Origin: the human T2T-CHM13v2.0 reference genome, Homo sapiens
Length of the DNA: 64,000 nucleotides
Assembly (NCBI RefSeq): GCF_009914755.1
Contig: NC_060929.1
Reading direction: 5' to 3' (one strand)
The notes below the pieces were generated by a model, which saw nothing but the letters and a program-made list of their open reading frames with translations, did not search any database and was not told the DNA's origin. Made by a program: the position numbers and the translations under genes. Positions 18,457 through 33,767 of the stretch are shown here, piece after piece; position 1 is the first letter of the stretch, and every line of letters begins with the position of its first letter.

Positions 18457-19611
18457 TTAAACTCACTGGTTTTCCTTTGCTAATATTATGGCTTCTCTTT
18501 TAAAATAGCCAAAGGTTTCAACCAGTCTAGCTGCTGCCACCTTCTTATTAAACTTTAATAAGCTAAGCTTTTTAAGCCACATAAAAATTTCATCAAGCAT
18601 TTGTCAACCTTGGGGAAAACGGAAGGAGGAAAAAAGGTCAGAACATCACTTTCCACCACAGTAGCATCTGGAGAGACGCTTTGGAAGGATCCTGCATGCA
18701 GTCAGCCGCAAAATAAATGCTAGGAAACAAGCTCGCAGTTTGTGGCCTGCACCAGATGGTGATTATGTTTCCTCCTTCATCAGCCCCGGCCCCACACTGG
18801 GTGCTAATTAAAGCACTATCTTCCAATAGCAGGCTCCTGGGACAACCGTGAGCCTTTGTTCCAACGTCCTCAGGGTGAGCTACACCCAGTCCACTAACAC
18901 AGGCTTGCCTGTCAACAACACCACTCCAGAGCAGCTCCTTCTCATTTTACTTTCAGTGTTTCGTATGTCAACATATTTTAAAAACAAATCTTTTAGTTTT
19001 TTTTTTTTTTTTTTTTTAACAGGTATATTACATGTTATAGGAGGGAAAAGGAGGTGGGCTGCCTGGGGCCCTCAAGACATGAGAAACGGGTGGTGGCTTC
19101 CAAGCTTCCTTACTTCCCCCATAGATCCCTGACAATGTGCTGCAGAAGCCTCCAACCTGGAACAGCCAACAGGACCAGAGCAGCCCACCACCCGACCCCA
19201 GAAAAAGCCGAGAAAAGCCCAACTCCGCTAGCCAAAGTACCAAGAGAAGGATGGCCTAACATCAGAAAACACTTGCAGTAATATTCATTCTACTCCAGCC
19301 AGGCGCCAAGGGCAAAATCACAATCCTCCTCCCACCCTGGTCTCACAGAGCCCAGTGGGAATAGGCTCTCCCAGCCCGGCTCCTCAGGAAGAAAAGCTGT
19401 GCCCACTGGTCTAATTAACACCCAGAGAACATGCCACCCAACAGCAGAATATTTTTTCTAAGCACCAATGAAACACTGACTAAGACAAACTACATCCTAC
19501 ATCATAAAACAAACTTCAAGAAACAGAAGAGAACTGAAATCATAGAGTATTTCTCTGAGCATAATGGAATCAAACCAGAAATCAGTAACACTAAGATAAT
19601 AGTAAAATCTT

Positions 19612-19924
<313 letters not shown>

Positions 19925-20974
19925 CTACTGGAAATTCAATAACATACTTCTCAGTAATGTATGGGTAAAAGAAGAAGTCTCAAAAGAAAAAAATACATAG
20001 GACTGAATGAAAATGAAAATACAGCATATCAAAATATGTGAGGCATAGCCTTAAAGAAGTGCTGAGAGAGAAATTTATAGCACTTAATTCTTACATTAGA
20101 AAACAGGAAAGCCTTCAAATAAACTAATCACAGACTTAAATGTAAAACATAATATAAAACTTCCAGGAAAAATAGTAGAAAATCTTTGGGATATCTAGGG
20201 ATAAGTAAAGAATTTTTAGACTTGACACCAAAAGCACAATTCATAAAAGAAAAAATTAATAAACCATAAAAATTAGAAATTTTTGCTTTTCAAAGACCTT
20301 GTTAAGAGGTTGAACAAAACAAAATACAGACTGGGAGATAATCTCTGCAAGCCACATATTTGACGAAGGACTTGTATCTGGAATACATAAAAAGCTCTCA
20401 AAATTCAACAGTGAAAAACAATCTAGGTAGAAAATGGGCAAAAGACATGAATGGATATTTCACTGAAGAGGATATACGGATGGCAAACAAGCACATAAAA
20501 AATGTCTAATTAGAGAAATGCAAACTAAAACCACAAGAGATGTTACTACACAACTCAACAATCACAAGAGATGAAAACACCAAGTGCTGTCGAGAGTGTG
20601 GAGGAACTGGATCAGTCATACATTTCTAGCAGGAATGCAAAATGGTATGGCCACTTTGCAAAATGAGTCTAACAGTTTCCTACAGAACTAAATATGCACT
20701 TATCGTAACAGCCCAAAAACTTCACTCTTGGAATTTACACTGCACTCAGAAATTACACATTTATCCCAGGGAAACGAAAACTCATGTTTACACCAAAACC
20801 TGTATGTGATTGTTCACAGCTGCTTTATTTGTAATAGCCAAAATCTGAAAACATCCCAGATATCCTTCAATGAGCGAGCAATTAAACAAACGGTGGTACA
20901 TCCAAACCATGGGATATAGTTCGGCCATAAAAAGGAATAAATGACTGATACACATAACAACTTGAAAGTATCTT

Positions 20975-21280
<306 letters not shown>

Positions 21281-21364
21281 GTATCTCAAGGTAATTATGC
21301 TGAGTGAGGAAGTGAAGAATTCCAAACTCTAGAGGTTACATACTATATGATTCCACCTATATAA

Positions 21365-21683
<319 letters not shown>

Positions 21684-22491
21684 TAACATTCTTGAAATGA
21701 CAAAACTATAGAGATGAGAAACAGATTCCTGGTAGATTAGGGAAGGGGGAAGGAGGGAGGTGGCTGTGGTTATAAAAGAGTAGCACAAGGGTTCCTTGTG
21801 ATGGAACCGGTCTGTATCCTGACCGTGTTGTTGGTCATGTGAATCTACACATGCGATAAAACTACACAGACTAAAGACAGACACACACATACACAAATAA
21901 GTACACATTAAACTGGAGAGGTGGGGAGATTTCAGTGTATTTAGGAAGATCAGTGGATTGCATCCATGCCAATTTCCAGGTTATGATACTGACCACAGTT
22001 ATACATGTTGTTACCACAAGGAGAAATGAGTGAAGGGGATAAGAGACATCTTTGTATTTGTATTATCTCTTACAAATGCAAGCAAATCTACATTTTCACA
22101 AAACGCATATAACCTGAAACTAATCACGAAGGAACACAACACGTCGGATAAACTCAAATACAAAATAATTGATCTGTACTTTTCAGAAACGTCCATGTCA
22201 TAAAACCAAGTAAGAAGAGACAACTGAATGCAAAATCCAATGAGCTCCAATCAATCCAGGATTTTCTTTGCTATAAAGGTCATTATTGAGCCAGTTTTAC
22301 AAAACCCAAAAAAGGTCTATCAATCAGATAATGTATTATATCAATGTTAATTTACTGATTTTGATAACCACACTATGGTTATGTAAGAGAATGTTCTTGT
22401 TTTTATAAAATATATAACAAAGTATTTAAGGGTAACAGGGCATCATATCTCAAACTTACTCTCAAATAGTTTTGTTAAGGTATATATACAA

Positions 22492-22787
22492 AGGTTGAGG
22501 GTGGTGTTCACACCCATAATCCTGACACTTTGGGAGGCCAAGGTGGGCGGATCCTTTGAGCCCAAGAGTTTGAGACCAGCCTGGCCAACACTGCAAGACC
22601 TGGCCTGTGCAAAAAAATTAAAAAATTAGCCAGGCATGGTGGTGCATACCTTCAGTCCTAGCTACTCAGAAGATTGAGGCCAGAGGATAGCTTCAGCCCA
22701 GGAGCTGGAGGCTGCAGTGAGCCATGACTGCCACCACACTCCAGCCTGGGTGACAGGGCAAGACCCTGTCTCTTAAAAAAAAAAAAG
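22492..22787 (+). mobile_element. AluJ
   Basis: Diverged full Alu. Confidence 0.85.
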
Positions 22788-22990
22788 TTTTTTAAATTAA
22801 AAAAGTATAGTTACATAGAAAAGGAAATACAGTAAAACATTAACAGCTGTAGCATCTGAGTGAAGGGAATACTTGCCACTTATCTTACAAATTTTTTGTT
22901 AAGTCTAAAATTACAAATATAAAAATTATCAAAATAAAAAAAATTAAAAGTGCACAGGGAGAGCCTGGCACAGAAAGCTTCAATAAACTG

Positions 22991-23092
22991 CAGTCAGTGT
23001 TTGGGTATTTTATATGTACTTCCACAGTCAGCGTTTGGGTATTTTATATCTACTTTCACAGTCAGCGTTTGGGTGTTTTATATCTACTTTCA
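22991..23092. repeat. 3 x 34-bp tandem repeat
   Basis: CAGTCAGCGTTTGGGTATTTTATATCTACTTTCA at 22991, 23025 and 23059, with 1-3 mismatches from the middle copy. Confidence 0.92.
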
Positions 23093-24068
23093 GATGAGAA
23101 AGAAGCTGAGATGCTCAAGAAACTGTCCAACAGGGTGAGGGGTCATGGTGAACTGGTGGTGCAGGAGGGATGTGAGCTGAGACCTGTTCCATGCCAAAGT
23201 CTGCGCTTTTTCCGCTAGAAAGAGGAAGGATAAAAATCCCAGTGTGCCCATCCCCACAGGAATTTGAATGTACCATGTTAGGAGAAGACAGCGTTATACA
23301 AAAACTGGCTTCAAATCACTCTCCAAGCAAGTCACTTCTTAGTTTTCTACACGAAAAGTCTAGGAGAGGGACCTAACACCTGGAACCTGGCACCTAGGGT
23401 GTGTATTCTGTCCACAGCACATCAATCAAACTCAGTCACCAACTGAGGGCCACCATCTCCAGGCCCTCACACCGGGGAAGCACACTGCTTTTCCTAGGTT
23501 TATTCACTCAACCAAAATAGATGTGCTGTCAGTGGAACTCCTAGGATGACTACATAGACAGACATCTTCTATTGGTCTTCCCCCACTCACCCTTACCCCA
23601 TGTCTGAGCTTAGATGACAGAGGTTTTTCATTGATTTCATTTTCTGAATAGATAATACTTTCCCAGTTCAAAATTCACATGGGAAAGAATTTCACATAGG
23701 AAGGGGAAGAGTGAAGTCTCCCTAACCCCCCTCCAAGTTCCCATTTGCAGAAACATCCAAAGTTACTGGTTTAAAAATGCAACTTTGTGCTATTTCTCCA
23801 AATTAACAGAATTATCTAGATAATACTATGATATCAAGCTATCTACCTGACTAGAATATTCTAGGTGATCACAATAAATTTAGTACCTTTTAGGTTATTT
23901 TAAATATCCCTTAAATACTCATGTAGACGTTTCCAACATATTAAAATGACTGAGTGAGGGTAACAACATTTTTTAAAAGAAAAAACATGTTAGTAAGATG
24001 CATGGTCACGACAGATGACTGTGAACTCTGGCTGTTACGAACCAATCACTGTTGAGTACTGAGCTCAC

Positions 24069-24319
24069 CTGGTTCCTGTCGCGTGCATTTGTGTACCTGA
24101 TCTTCTGAATGAAGTAGAATATGAGCCATGCTGAAGAAATAATCATCAAAACAATAAAGGATATTGACACGAAGACTAGAGAGCCACGGCTGAAGTTCTT
24201 CGGTGGCATTCGAGTTCCAACAGCTATTGTCATTTGTACAGAGATGTTTTTCTCCAGATAACTCAAAATATCCTTACCCCTCAATTCTGTTATCATGACA
24301 GCAATAATATCTCCAGTGC
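24069..24319 (-). CDS. RNF130: RNF130 internal coding exon (likely exon 3), end of PA domain plus transmembrane helix; 251 bp, phase 1-0
   Basis: Translates (G)[83 protein letters not shown], with hydrophobic [27 protein letters not shown]. Acceptor TTTTATATTGCAG|, donor CAG|GTGAGC. Joins in frame with the 51538-51732 exon (G|GC = Gly). Confidence 0.96.
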
Positions 24320-25707
24320 CTGCAATATAAAATAAATATATAACTCAAGTGACATTTAAAACTTATGGAAACATCAAATGTATCAACACGCTACTTAGGT
24401 AACTACTATAATGTCTGGTAATGGAAAGGGTATGCAAACTCCACTTCTCAACTGAAATGTAGATGCAGCTGGGTATGCTGGCACCAAGTAGGAACATGTA
24501 ATTTGTTGTGTGGTACTTAAGACTTAAACAGACATAAGGCATAGAACGACTGCAGTGTTAAGAACCATATTAACTTGTCTGACAACTACATTTTTAAAAA
24601 AAGATTATTAAACCAGCCAAATGTGACAACAGACAGCAACATAACATTATACAGCAAGAGAAGTGTATCAACATCATGGTAGATTTACACTGTAAAACCT
24701 TTTCTATTTTAAAATGATCTTCAGAAAGTCTTAATTCCTTAAGAAATGGAGTAAAGTGCTGTTTTTATAGCATAAATTGGTACTTCTTGCACTAATCTAG
24801 GAACATTCATGGAGTACCCACTGTCTGTAGAACTAGTGCCAGGAACAAAAACAAGTACAGGATACCAAGCTTTCTAATCTCACTGAGACAGGGGACACAC
24901 AGCTGGTAACAGAGCTACAAAGTGCCAAATGGTGCCACCTTTTATTAGTGACATCTGAAACTAACTTGGGTCTTATGTCCAGACTTGAGTGGAGTTGAGG
25001 CTCCTTGCTAGTTTACCCCAGAACTCTTCTGGAAATCAAACGTTCCAGAGACAGGTCCAGGCTTCAACATTCTGGACCAGTTTGGCATCGAAATACCTCC
25101 AGCCTCTAACAGTTGTCCAGAGGTCTGCCCACAAGCACAGGCTATGCAAGTTAATTACGAGGACAGTCTTAAGTTGCCTTATAGTTACCTAGACCTTTCC
25201 CCTACATAATTTCCAGAAGTAGTAACAGTGAAGGAATTGAATACCTCTTCCTATGGACAGCAGGAAACTGCTATCCCTTTCCTCCTCCACAAAGGAAATA
25301 ACTTCCCACTGTCTTTTAAGGAAACAGAGAAACTTCTAACAATCTATCAGCGATTGTCCTTTCATAAGCTGAAGCTGCCGGTGGCAACATGTAGCTTCTA
25401 CATTTGCCTTCTCCAGAGAGCCCCTGAGAGAGACTAGGGGTCATTAGAAGGGAAATAAATATTTTATTTTGGGAAAGAGAAAATTATAACCACTTATTTG
25501 AATTTGAATAAGGTTTGTACATATCAATGTAAACCAACAAAACAATCAAGCAGAAGTCCCCAAAACTTGTCCTTTTCAATCCTTCTTCAATGAATAACAC
25601 ATTGAAATATTTGGTTTTACATGTTTCATTTACCATATTTAGCTAAAAGAACCATCTTTGTGTTACATGCAGTCACAGAAGACTACACGCAACTGAAAAG
25701 AAATTCA

Positions 25708-26000
<293 letters not shown>

Positions 26001-26310
26001 GAGAAATACAACAGTAAAAGGAGTTTTATGGAAAATGTAACCCAATGGAACATATACCTTTTTACTACCTTACTCAAAATTGTTACAGCCACTTTATTAG
26101 AACAGCAGTTTACCAGAATACCGATTAAAAATCTACAAAAAACTATAAAATTAAAGCAAGCAATAAACATCTAATTAATATCTAATTACCTTTCTGAAAT
26201 AAGAGTTGTGATCAGTAAATTAGAGACAATCACAAAATAATGCTAAACCGCTTTAAATTTCCCTTTAGAAATCTCTTAAAATGTTGTTCAACGGGCCATG
26301 ATCTGTGGTA

Positions 26311-26405
26311 TAAGATACCAGGTATGGCTATAAAGTAACTGAGACGGATCCCACAAACGACATATGACAATCAGTCTCATTGCTTTATAATCACACCAGG
26401 TACAA
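26311..26405 (-). ncRNA. MIR340: pre-miR-340 stem-loop, intronic, same strand as host; 5p arm 26369-26390, 3p arm 26327-26348
   Basis: Minus strand contains UUAUAAAGCAAUGAGACUGAUU (miR-340-5p) and UCCGUCUCAGUUACUUUAUAGC (miR-340-3p), which pair as a hairpin. MIR340 is known to lie in an RNF130 intron. Confidence 0.96.
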
Positions 26406-26450
26406 ACGGTTTTAGAAATCAGTTGAGGCTCCCTCTTGAAGACTCAAGCT

Positions 26451-26845
26451 GGAAAAGGAGTAGGGAAAGGAGTAGGGAAAGGAGTAGGGAAAGGAGTAGG
26501 AAAGGAGTAGGGAAAGGAGTAGGAAAGGAGTAGGAAAGGAGTAGGAAAGGAGTAGGGAAAGGAGTAGGGAAGGAGTAGGGAAAGGAGTAGGGAAAGGAGT
26601 AGGGAAAGGAGTAGGGAAAGGAGTAGGAAAGGAGTAGGGAAAGGAGTAGGGAAAGGAGTAGGAAAGGAGTAGGGAAAGGAGTAGGGAAAGGAGTAGGGAA
26701 AGGAGTAGGAAAGGAGTAGGAAAGGAGTAGGGAAAGGAGTAGGAAAGGAGTAGGGAAAGGAGTAGGGAAAGGAGTAGGAAAGGAGTAGGAAAAGGAGTAG
26801 GAAAGGAGTAGGGAAAGGAGTAGGGAAAGGAGTAGGGAAAGGAAA
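26451..26845. repeat. Purine-rich minisatellite/VNTR, about 33 units of GGGAAAGGAGTA (12 bp) and GGAAAGGAGTA (11 bp)
   Basis: Directly visible tandem array; it explains the three low-complexity ORFs at 26412-26890. Confidence 0.97.
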
Positions 26846-27789
26846 GCTGAACAGGTAGCCAAGGAAACCAATCCATGTGATTCTATTCAAAGAACACTAA
26901 ATAAGAACACCAACTAATTTCAACGGGAAAGCTGTTTGGGAAAAGAAGTGTGTAATTATTTCAACCATCCATTCAACAATATTTATTGAGCACATACTAT
27001 GATCAGGCTCCTTTCACCTCTTAAAGAGAGTAGAAAATTACCTGCTCTTGATGCAAAAATCCACACGCCCTCAGGAGCAAAGGGGGAACCTTTTGGACTA
27101 GGAAGAGAAGCCGCTCGCGGTGGCGTCATTACACCAGCACAGAGAAGAGCCGGGCAGAGGAGCCCGACCCTGCCGATCGGGCAGGAGGACAGCAGAATGA
27201 AAGCCCGCCACCAACTTGCAAAGGACTGGAGTTTTAGGTCTTAAATCTTTTACAGAATCTGGCGAAAGTTATATAGGAGTCCCCTCCTAGGAGAAAGGGC
27301 CTTCTCCCCATACTCCACCCCTAAAGCCTGATAGGGCTCAAAGACCCTGACCTAAAGCTGCCTCAGACACTTGACTTTTAAGGATCTGAGGAGCTCTGGC
27401 CCAGTTTCAGGAGGGATACACACGCCAAAGGAAATGTAGGCTTCACAATAAAGGGCCGGTCAGAGGAGGCAGTGACTGAAAAGAGTGAAGAATAATTAGA
27501 CTGTAACGCTGTAAATATCAAAGCACATTTGGGACATGCCCCACCACTCCCATGTCCCAGGCCCTGGGCAAACACTGCTAGTAAGTCACGGATGCGGCCA
27601 CGCTCCCACGCACTTCCACGTCTGGCCGCCAGTACTAACTGTCAGAGATGGCAATCCAGTGAAAGCCCATCTGTGATCCCTGCTTCCAACTATTTTCTTG
27701 AGAAACTTCCCCCACTGTTATTCTTTAACAGGAACTTCTGTTTCCACACTGCTTGAGTCTGGCTACTTTAATAAACAATTCTATTCTTT

Positions 27790-28640
27790 CCACTTTCATC
27801 CTGAGAATTTTCAAACCCATAGAGCAGTTCCAATACTGTGAGAACACTCATGGACCTTTTATTTAGATTTGTCAACATTTTGTCCTTTCTATATGTATTT
27901 ATTTTTGCTGAACCAATTAAGAGTAAACTGCAAACACATGACATTTTATTCTTAAATACTTCCACGGTCCCTCCTAAGAACAAGGCTAGCTACGTGGCCA
28001 CAATTCATTTACTTATCCTCAAGAAATTTAACCCTGTGTTCTTTAATAGATGGTCCATTTTCAGGTATCTGTGGTGATGACTTTAATAGCTGTTTAACTT
28101 GTTTAGTTTTGTGTCCAGGATTCAATCGGGGCTGTCGGCATCATGCTTAGCTGTCATGTCTCATTAGTCTCCTTTGATCTAGAATAGTTCCTCAGTCACT
28201 TCCGGTCCATTCATCACAACACTGACCTTTTTAAAGAGTCCAATCCAGATGTTCTGACCATGCCCCTCAATCTGGATTTGACTGTTTCCTAATGATTAGA
28301 TCTCCAAATTAAATATTTCTAGTAAGAATACCACAAGGTGATGGTGTGTCCCTCCTCAGCTCGTCACTTCAGGAAGTGCAGGCCGGGTTGTACCTTTATT
28401 TTTGGTGGCAAATTTTATGACTTGGTTATTTTGGTATCTGCCAGGTTTCCTCACTGTAAATAAATGTTTTCCCCTTAATTAATAAGCAATCTGTGGGCTG
28501 ATACTTCCAGATTGTGTGACTAGCCAGTTCCCCAAAAACCTTTCACTCAATGCTCTCAGCATCCACTGGTGTTTGCCTGAATCTGTTACGACAATGGTAT
28601 TTGTAAAATTCTAATTCCCTAATGCTGTGATTTCTTCTAC
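27790..28640 (-). mobile_element. Old L1MC/ME 3'-end fragment
   Basis: TAGCTGTCATGTCTCATTAGTCTCCTTTGATCTAGAATAGTTCCTCAG and GCCAGGTTTCCTCACTGTAAA motifs. Confidence 0.55.
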
Positions 28641-29021
28641 ATTTTGTAAACTGATTCTATAATCAAAGGCATTAACAACACTTTCTACTTATCTTTGTTT
28701 CCCATTAAAAAAACAGAAATGCTGGGTGGGCAGTTTTTCGGAAAAGAGCCCCCCATCCCCATCAATTCTATTTTTTAATGAGGAAAAAAAGTGGGAAAAT
28801 ATGATAATACTGCTATAATCCTGACTACAAAATCAGTTTTGAGAGGCCAACAGAAGGAACCTCAGAATTAAGCTCCTTTGGGCTCCGGAATCGGAGGGTC
28901 TAGGTTCAAATCCCAGCATGGTACTTTAACCTCTTTGAACTTCAGTTTCTTCTTTCAAAAAATGACAAACTACCTGCAGGCTTCACAGCAGATGTTCAGT
29001 AACTGCTGCAGCGTAATGAGC

Positions 29022-29681
<660 letters not shown>

Positions 29682-30180
29682 TGAGCTAATCCTACTTGTA
29701 TTATTACTCACAGAAAGCAAAAGAAAATGTTGTGGGAAGAAAATCAAAAGGCCTCTAACCACAGATTTTTGGATGCCCATTCTCTCTTCGCCCCCTGCCC
29801 ACTGCTCAGAAAATGCCCAGGGATCTGCTGACCAACACAGTCCTGCCAGCTACAAAAGAATTTATGCTTTAGTTCAGAAAGTGAGTCTACCCAGCTGGGA
29901 AGAGTCTGATCTATGCCCTCACCCTCTTGGCTTCCCTCCACTCCTCCTGGGAGTAAACCCCGGGGCAAGCCCAGTGTAGCTGAGCAGCTGATAAAGGAAG
30001 ATCCAGGAAGAGAACAAATGAGCTGTCTGAGGCACCAGGCTGCAAGAGGAGAGAGGTGGCTTTACCATAAGCATTTTTACTATTGGTTACTCACAGTGGC
30101 ATTAGTTATTCCTATATAACCTATTATACGTAAAGCAGAACACCATATACTTTAAGTGAAAAAGATTAAAATCACTTTGA

Positions 30181-30514
<334 letters not shown>

Positions 30515-30779
30515 CTAGGTGTATTCAGGGTCAAGCTGCACATGGGGCAGAGCCCTGGCTGCCTGTGTCTCAGGGAGACTGCTGGCTCCTGATCCCAAGA
30601 CTTCTCATCTCACTCCACTGACTTAATGAAAGTCCTTCTCAAATGTTCATCCACAACTTTCAGTTCTTCAAACCCAATCTTCATTCTTCTCTTCACTGAT
30701 CCCTTAAAGAACTCAAGGGGGAAAAACAGATACATTCTACATTCTTTTAGGAAATGAATATAGCAATAATTCTGACAGA

Positions 30780-31550
30780 TGGAGGTTATATCAATTATAG
30801 ATTTCCTGCTGAGACTTGTCAGTAGTTTTCCTAAAATATAGACCTGCTGTCACTCTGCTTTCAAAAGCCTTTGATGTATCCCTTCTGTCAGAAAAATAAA
30901 GTGCAAACTCTTTCACTGGACACTCAAGCACTGGGGAGCCACATGGCCCTGAGGGTAACTGAGTCACGGAACGGTGAACACTCTCGGACCCAGTGAAACT
31001 GTTGGGCAAAGTGACTGGAATAGTGGTTCATGCAATCTGGGCAGGACGGAGAGGTGAAGCCAGGAGGGAAACTGGGAGAAAACTAAGAAAGGGTCCAGGG
31101 AACTGGAAGCTTCAACAAAACTAAATGACAGGAAGAGAGGGGGAGAAAGGGAAGAGGCACTGGTCAGGACACAGGACACAGGAGTTTGCAACTCGAGATG
31201 TAACAATTCTGGGAGATGATGAGGCCCAGGGAGCAGCTATGGGACCAGGCTCCTGGAGAAGTGGAATGACTGAAGGGCCTGTGGAAGGAATTTTCGGTTA
31301 GGTGTTCACTTTCCAGGTGGATTCTCAAGTTGCCCAGGATGGTGGCAGGACCGCTGATGAACGGGGAGCAGTGACAGGCGGGGAAGCACGTGACTACGGA
31401 GAGGAAGAACGCGGTCTGCTGCACAAAACTGAAAGTGAAGTCTCCCCACGTGGAAGTGACTGGTGTGGACGTGCTGTACGCCACCACCACAGGATCCCTC
31501 AGCACCCACAGACGCACAGCAAAGACCAACCTGTAATTTTGCAAATGCTT
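30780..31550. mobile_element. Degenerate L2 fragments (probably in both orientations)
   Basis: TGTCACTCTGCTTTCAAAAGCCTTTGATG..AAATAAAGTGCAAACTC followed by a purine-rich L2-like tract. Confidence 0.45.
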
Positions 31551-32059
31551 GAACCTGAACCTCCTGCCATGCGTCTGCTGGGAAGCCGAATGTGTAAGCC
31601 ACTGAGTGGTAGTCACTCACTGATAATTCCTGAGGACAGTGGGCTACAGCTTGTCACCAAAAGCCAAGGGTCTTCTCTTCTTTCTTCCTTGAACAGGAAG
31701 TTCTTCAATCACATACAAGTAGGGCCAAGGGGCCACAGTACAGCACTTGAATGTCAGCTTTTCTTCTTATGCTATCTCTTGACTGTATGTCAAGAGAAAG
31801 AAAAGGGGGCAGGAGCAAGCACCTGCCCCGAACAGAAAGCTTTCTTCCTTCACACACAGAGGCAGAAGGGGGGTGGGCACTGAAGAAGACAAGCCACCAA
31901 TCAGTGGAGAGCCACAGACTCTCAGTGAAGAATTTCCAGGGGTTGCCAACTTTCAACACAACACAGGAACTCCCACAAATTACTGATCCTCTCAACTGAG
32001 TAGTTCTGTCCACAGGTCACCTGGATTTAAGTCTTAGGTCTTCCTTCCTTAAAATCTAA

Positions 32060-32377
<318 letters not shown>

Positions 32378-32719
32378 AAAATCTAAATTTCTAAACATCT
32401 GTTTGTGGCTCGTGGTTCTCTCCTCCGGAAAAACACCACTGAATAAACCTGTTTTTCATTTATTGATGTATAAAATACCATCAACCACAAGGTACATCAT
32501 TATGTATCATGAAGAAAAAAATCTGTCAAGCAACTCTAAGATGTCATGGAATACAAGAAACATTCCCACTTTAAGTTGAGCATCCCAGAACCAATGAGAA
32601 TTCTTCAACATAACAATTCTTAAAATGTGCAAAGACAGCCTCCCTGGGTCCCCACTTCAGTCTTTTTTCCATACTAATTCTAGAGTCCCAAATCATTCAT
32701 TTAAAAATAATAATAATTA

Positions 32720-33490
32720 TTATTATTTAAAGAATCTAAAACTTACAGAAAAATTCGAAATATCATATAAAAACTTTTAAAACCTAGAACCATTCAAGAG
32801 TAAGTTCCTGGCATGATGCCTCATCACCCCCGAATATGTGGTATTTTCCTACAAACAAAATTTATAAACATAATACAACCCCCAAATAAGGAGCTTAACA
32901 CTGATGTGTCACTGCCATCCAATCCCGAAGTCCATCCAAGCTTCTGCGACTTTCCCAATAACGTCCTTTACAGCAGCCCAGGTCCGAGTCACATGCTACA
33001 CTCAGTCGTCACGTCATAGCCATCTCCGTCAGTCTGCAACTGTCTCTCGGTCTTTCTTGGTGTTTGTGACCTTGGCACTTTCGAAGACTACATTCGGCCC
33101 AGTTGATCTGTCGAAGGTATTTCCCTGTGGCTAGATTCAGGTCAGGTGCCGCTGGCAGTAACAACACGGAGGTGAGGCTGCGCTCTTTTCAGTGTACACC
33201 ACCAGGCGGCCGAGAGCTTTTTTTTATTTGCCATTACTAGTAAAGTTCACTTTGATAATTTGGTAAAGGTGATGTCCTCCAGGCATGTGCACTGTGAAGT
33301 TCCTCTTTTCCCCTTTGTAATTAGTATGTATTCTGTGGGGAGGTGCTTTGAGGCTAGGTAAATATTCCATCCTCATGAAACCTTCAGTTTACTTTTACTT
33401 TTTAAATCAGTACAGATTCATGGTTCCTATTTTATTCAATCAGTTGAAACAGCTACTAACGTTATTCATTTTGATGCTGAAATTCTAAAT
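32720..33490 (-). mobile_element. Old L1MC/ME 3'-end fragment
   Basis: AAACTTACAGAAAAATT, GAACCATTCAAGAGTAAGTT and CACTGTGAAGTTCCTCTTTTCCCCTTTGTAATTAG motifs. Confidence 0.55.
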
Positions 33491-33767
33491 TATGCTTCAT
33501 AAGACCCTGTGTACAGAGCTTTCCTAACTTATTCTTTTCTGGACATCAGTTTTCCAGTGTCTTCACTTACGTAAATGTGAACTACAAATACAATGCTTTC
33601 AGTATCAAGAGTAGCATGACACTAACATCTCCTTACATCTGATTATGGCCACAGGGATACAGCCTAAGATTCCAATGTAATGTTTGGAAGCCACGGCACA
33701 CATCAATGTACACGGAGCTCACGTGACTGAAGGTTCCCAGGCATTCTCCTTCTCCATTTGAACTGTT

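Noticed and set aside
26451-26845. Repeat array as CRISPR-like or telomere-like
   Set aside because: No unique spacers, unit is not TTAGGG, and the context is a eukaryotic intron.
26412-26890. Three overlapping ORFs of 148-154 aa (SFPY/PFPT/LLLS repeats)
   Set aside because: Translation of the minisatellite, which lacks stops on that strand; no splice or coding signature.
31540-31620. Minus-strand A/B-box-like motifs (TCAGTGG...GGTTCAAG) suggesting a tRNA or SINE head
   Set aside because: No convincing cloverleaf by eye, and the motifs are too short to support a call.
31302-31883. 193-aa ORF, the longest in the window
   Set aside because: GTG start, no recognisable domain, overlaps degenerate L2-like sequence, antisense to the host.
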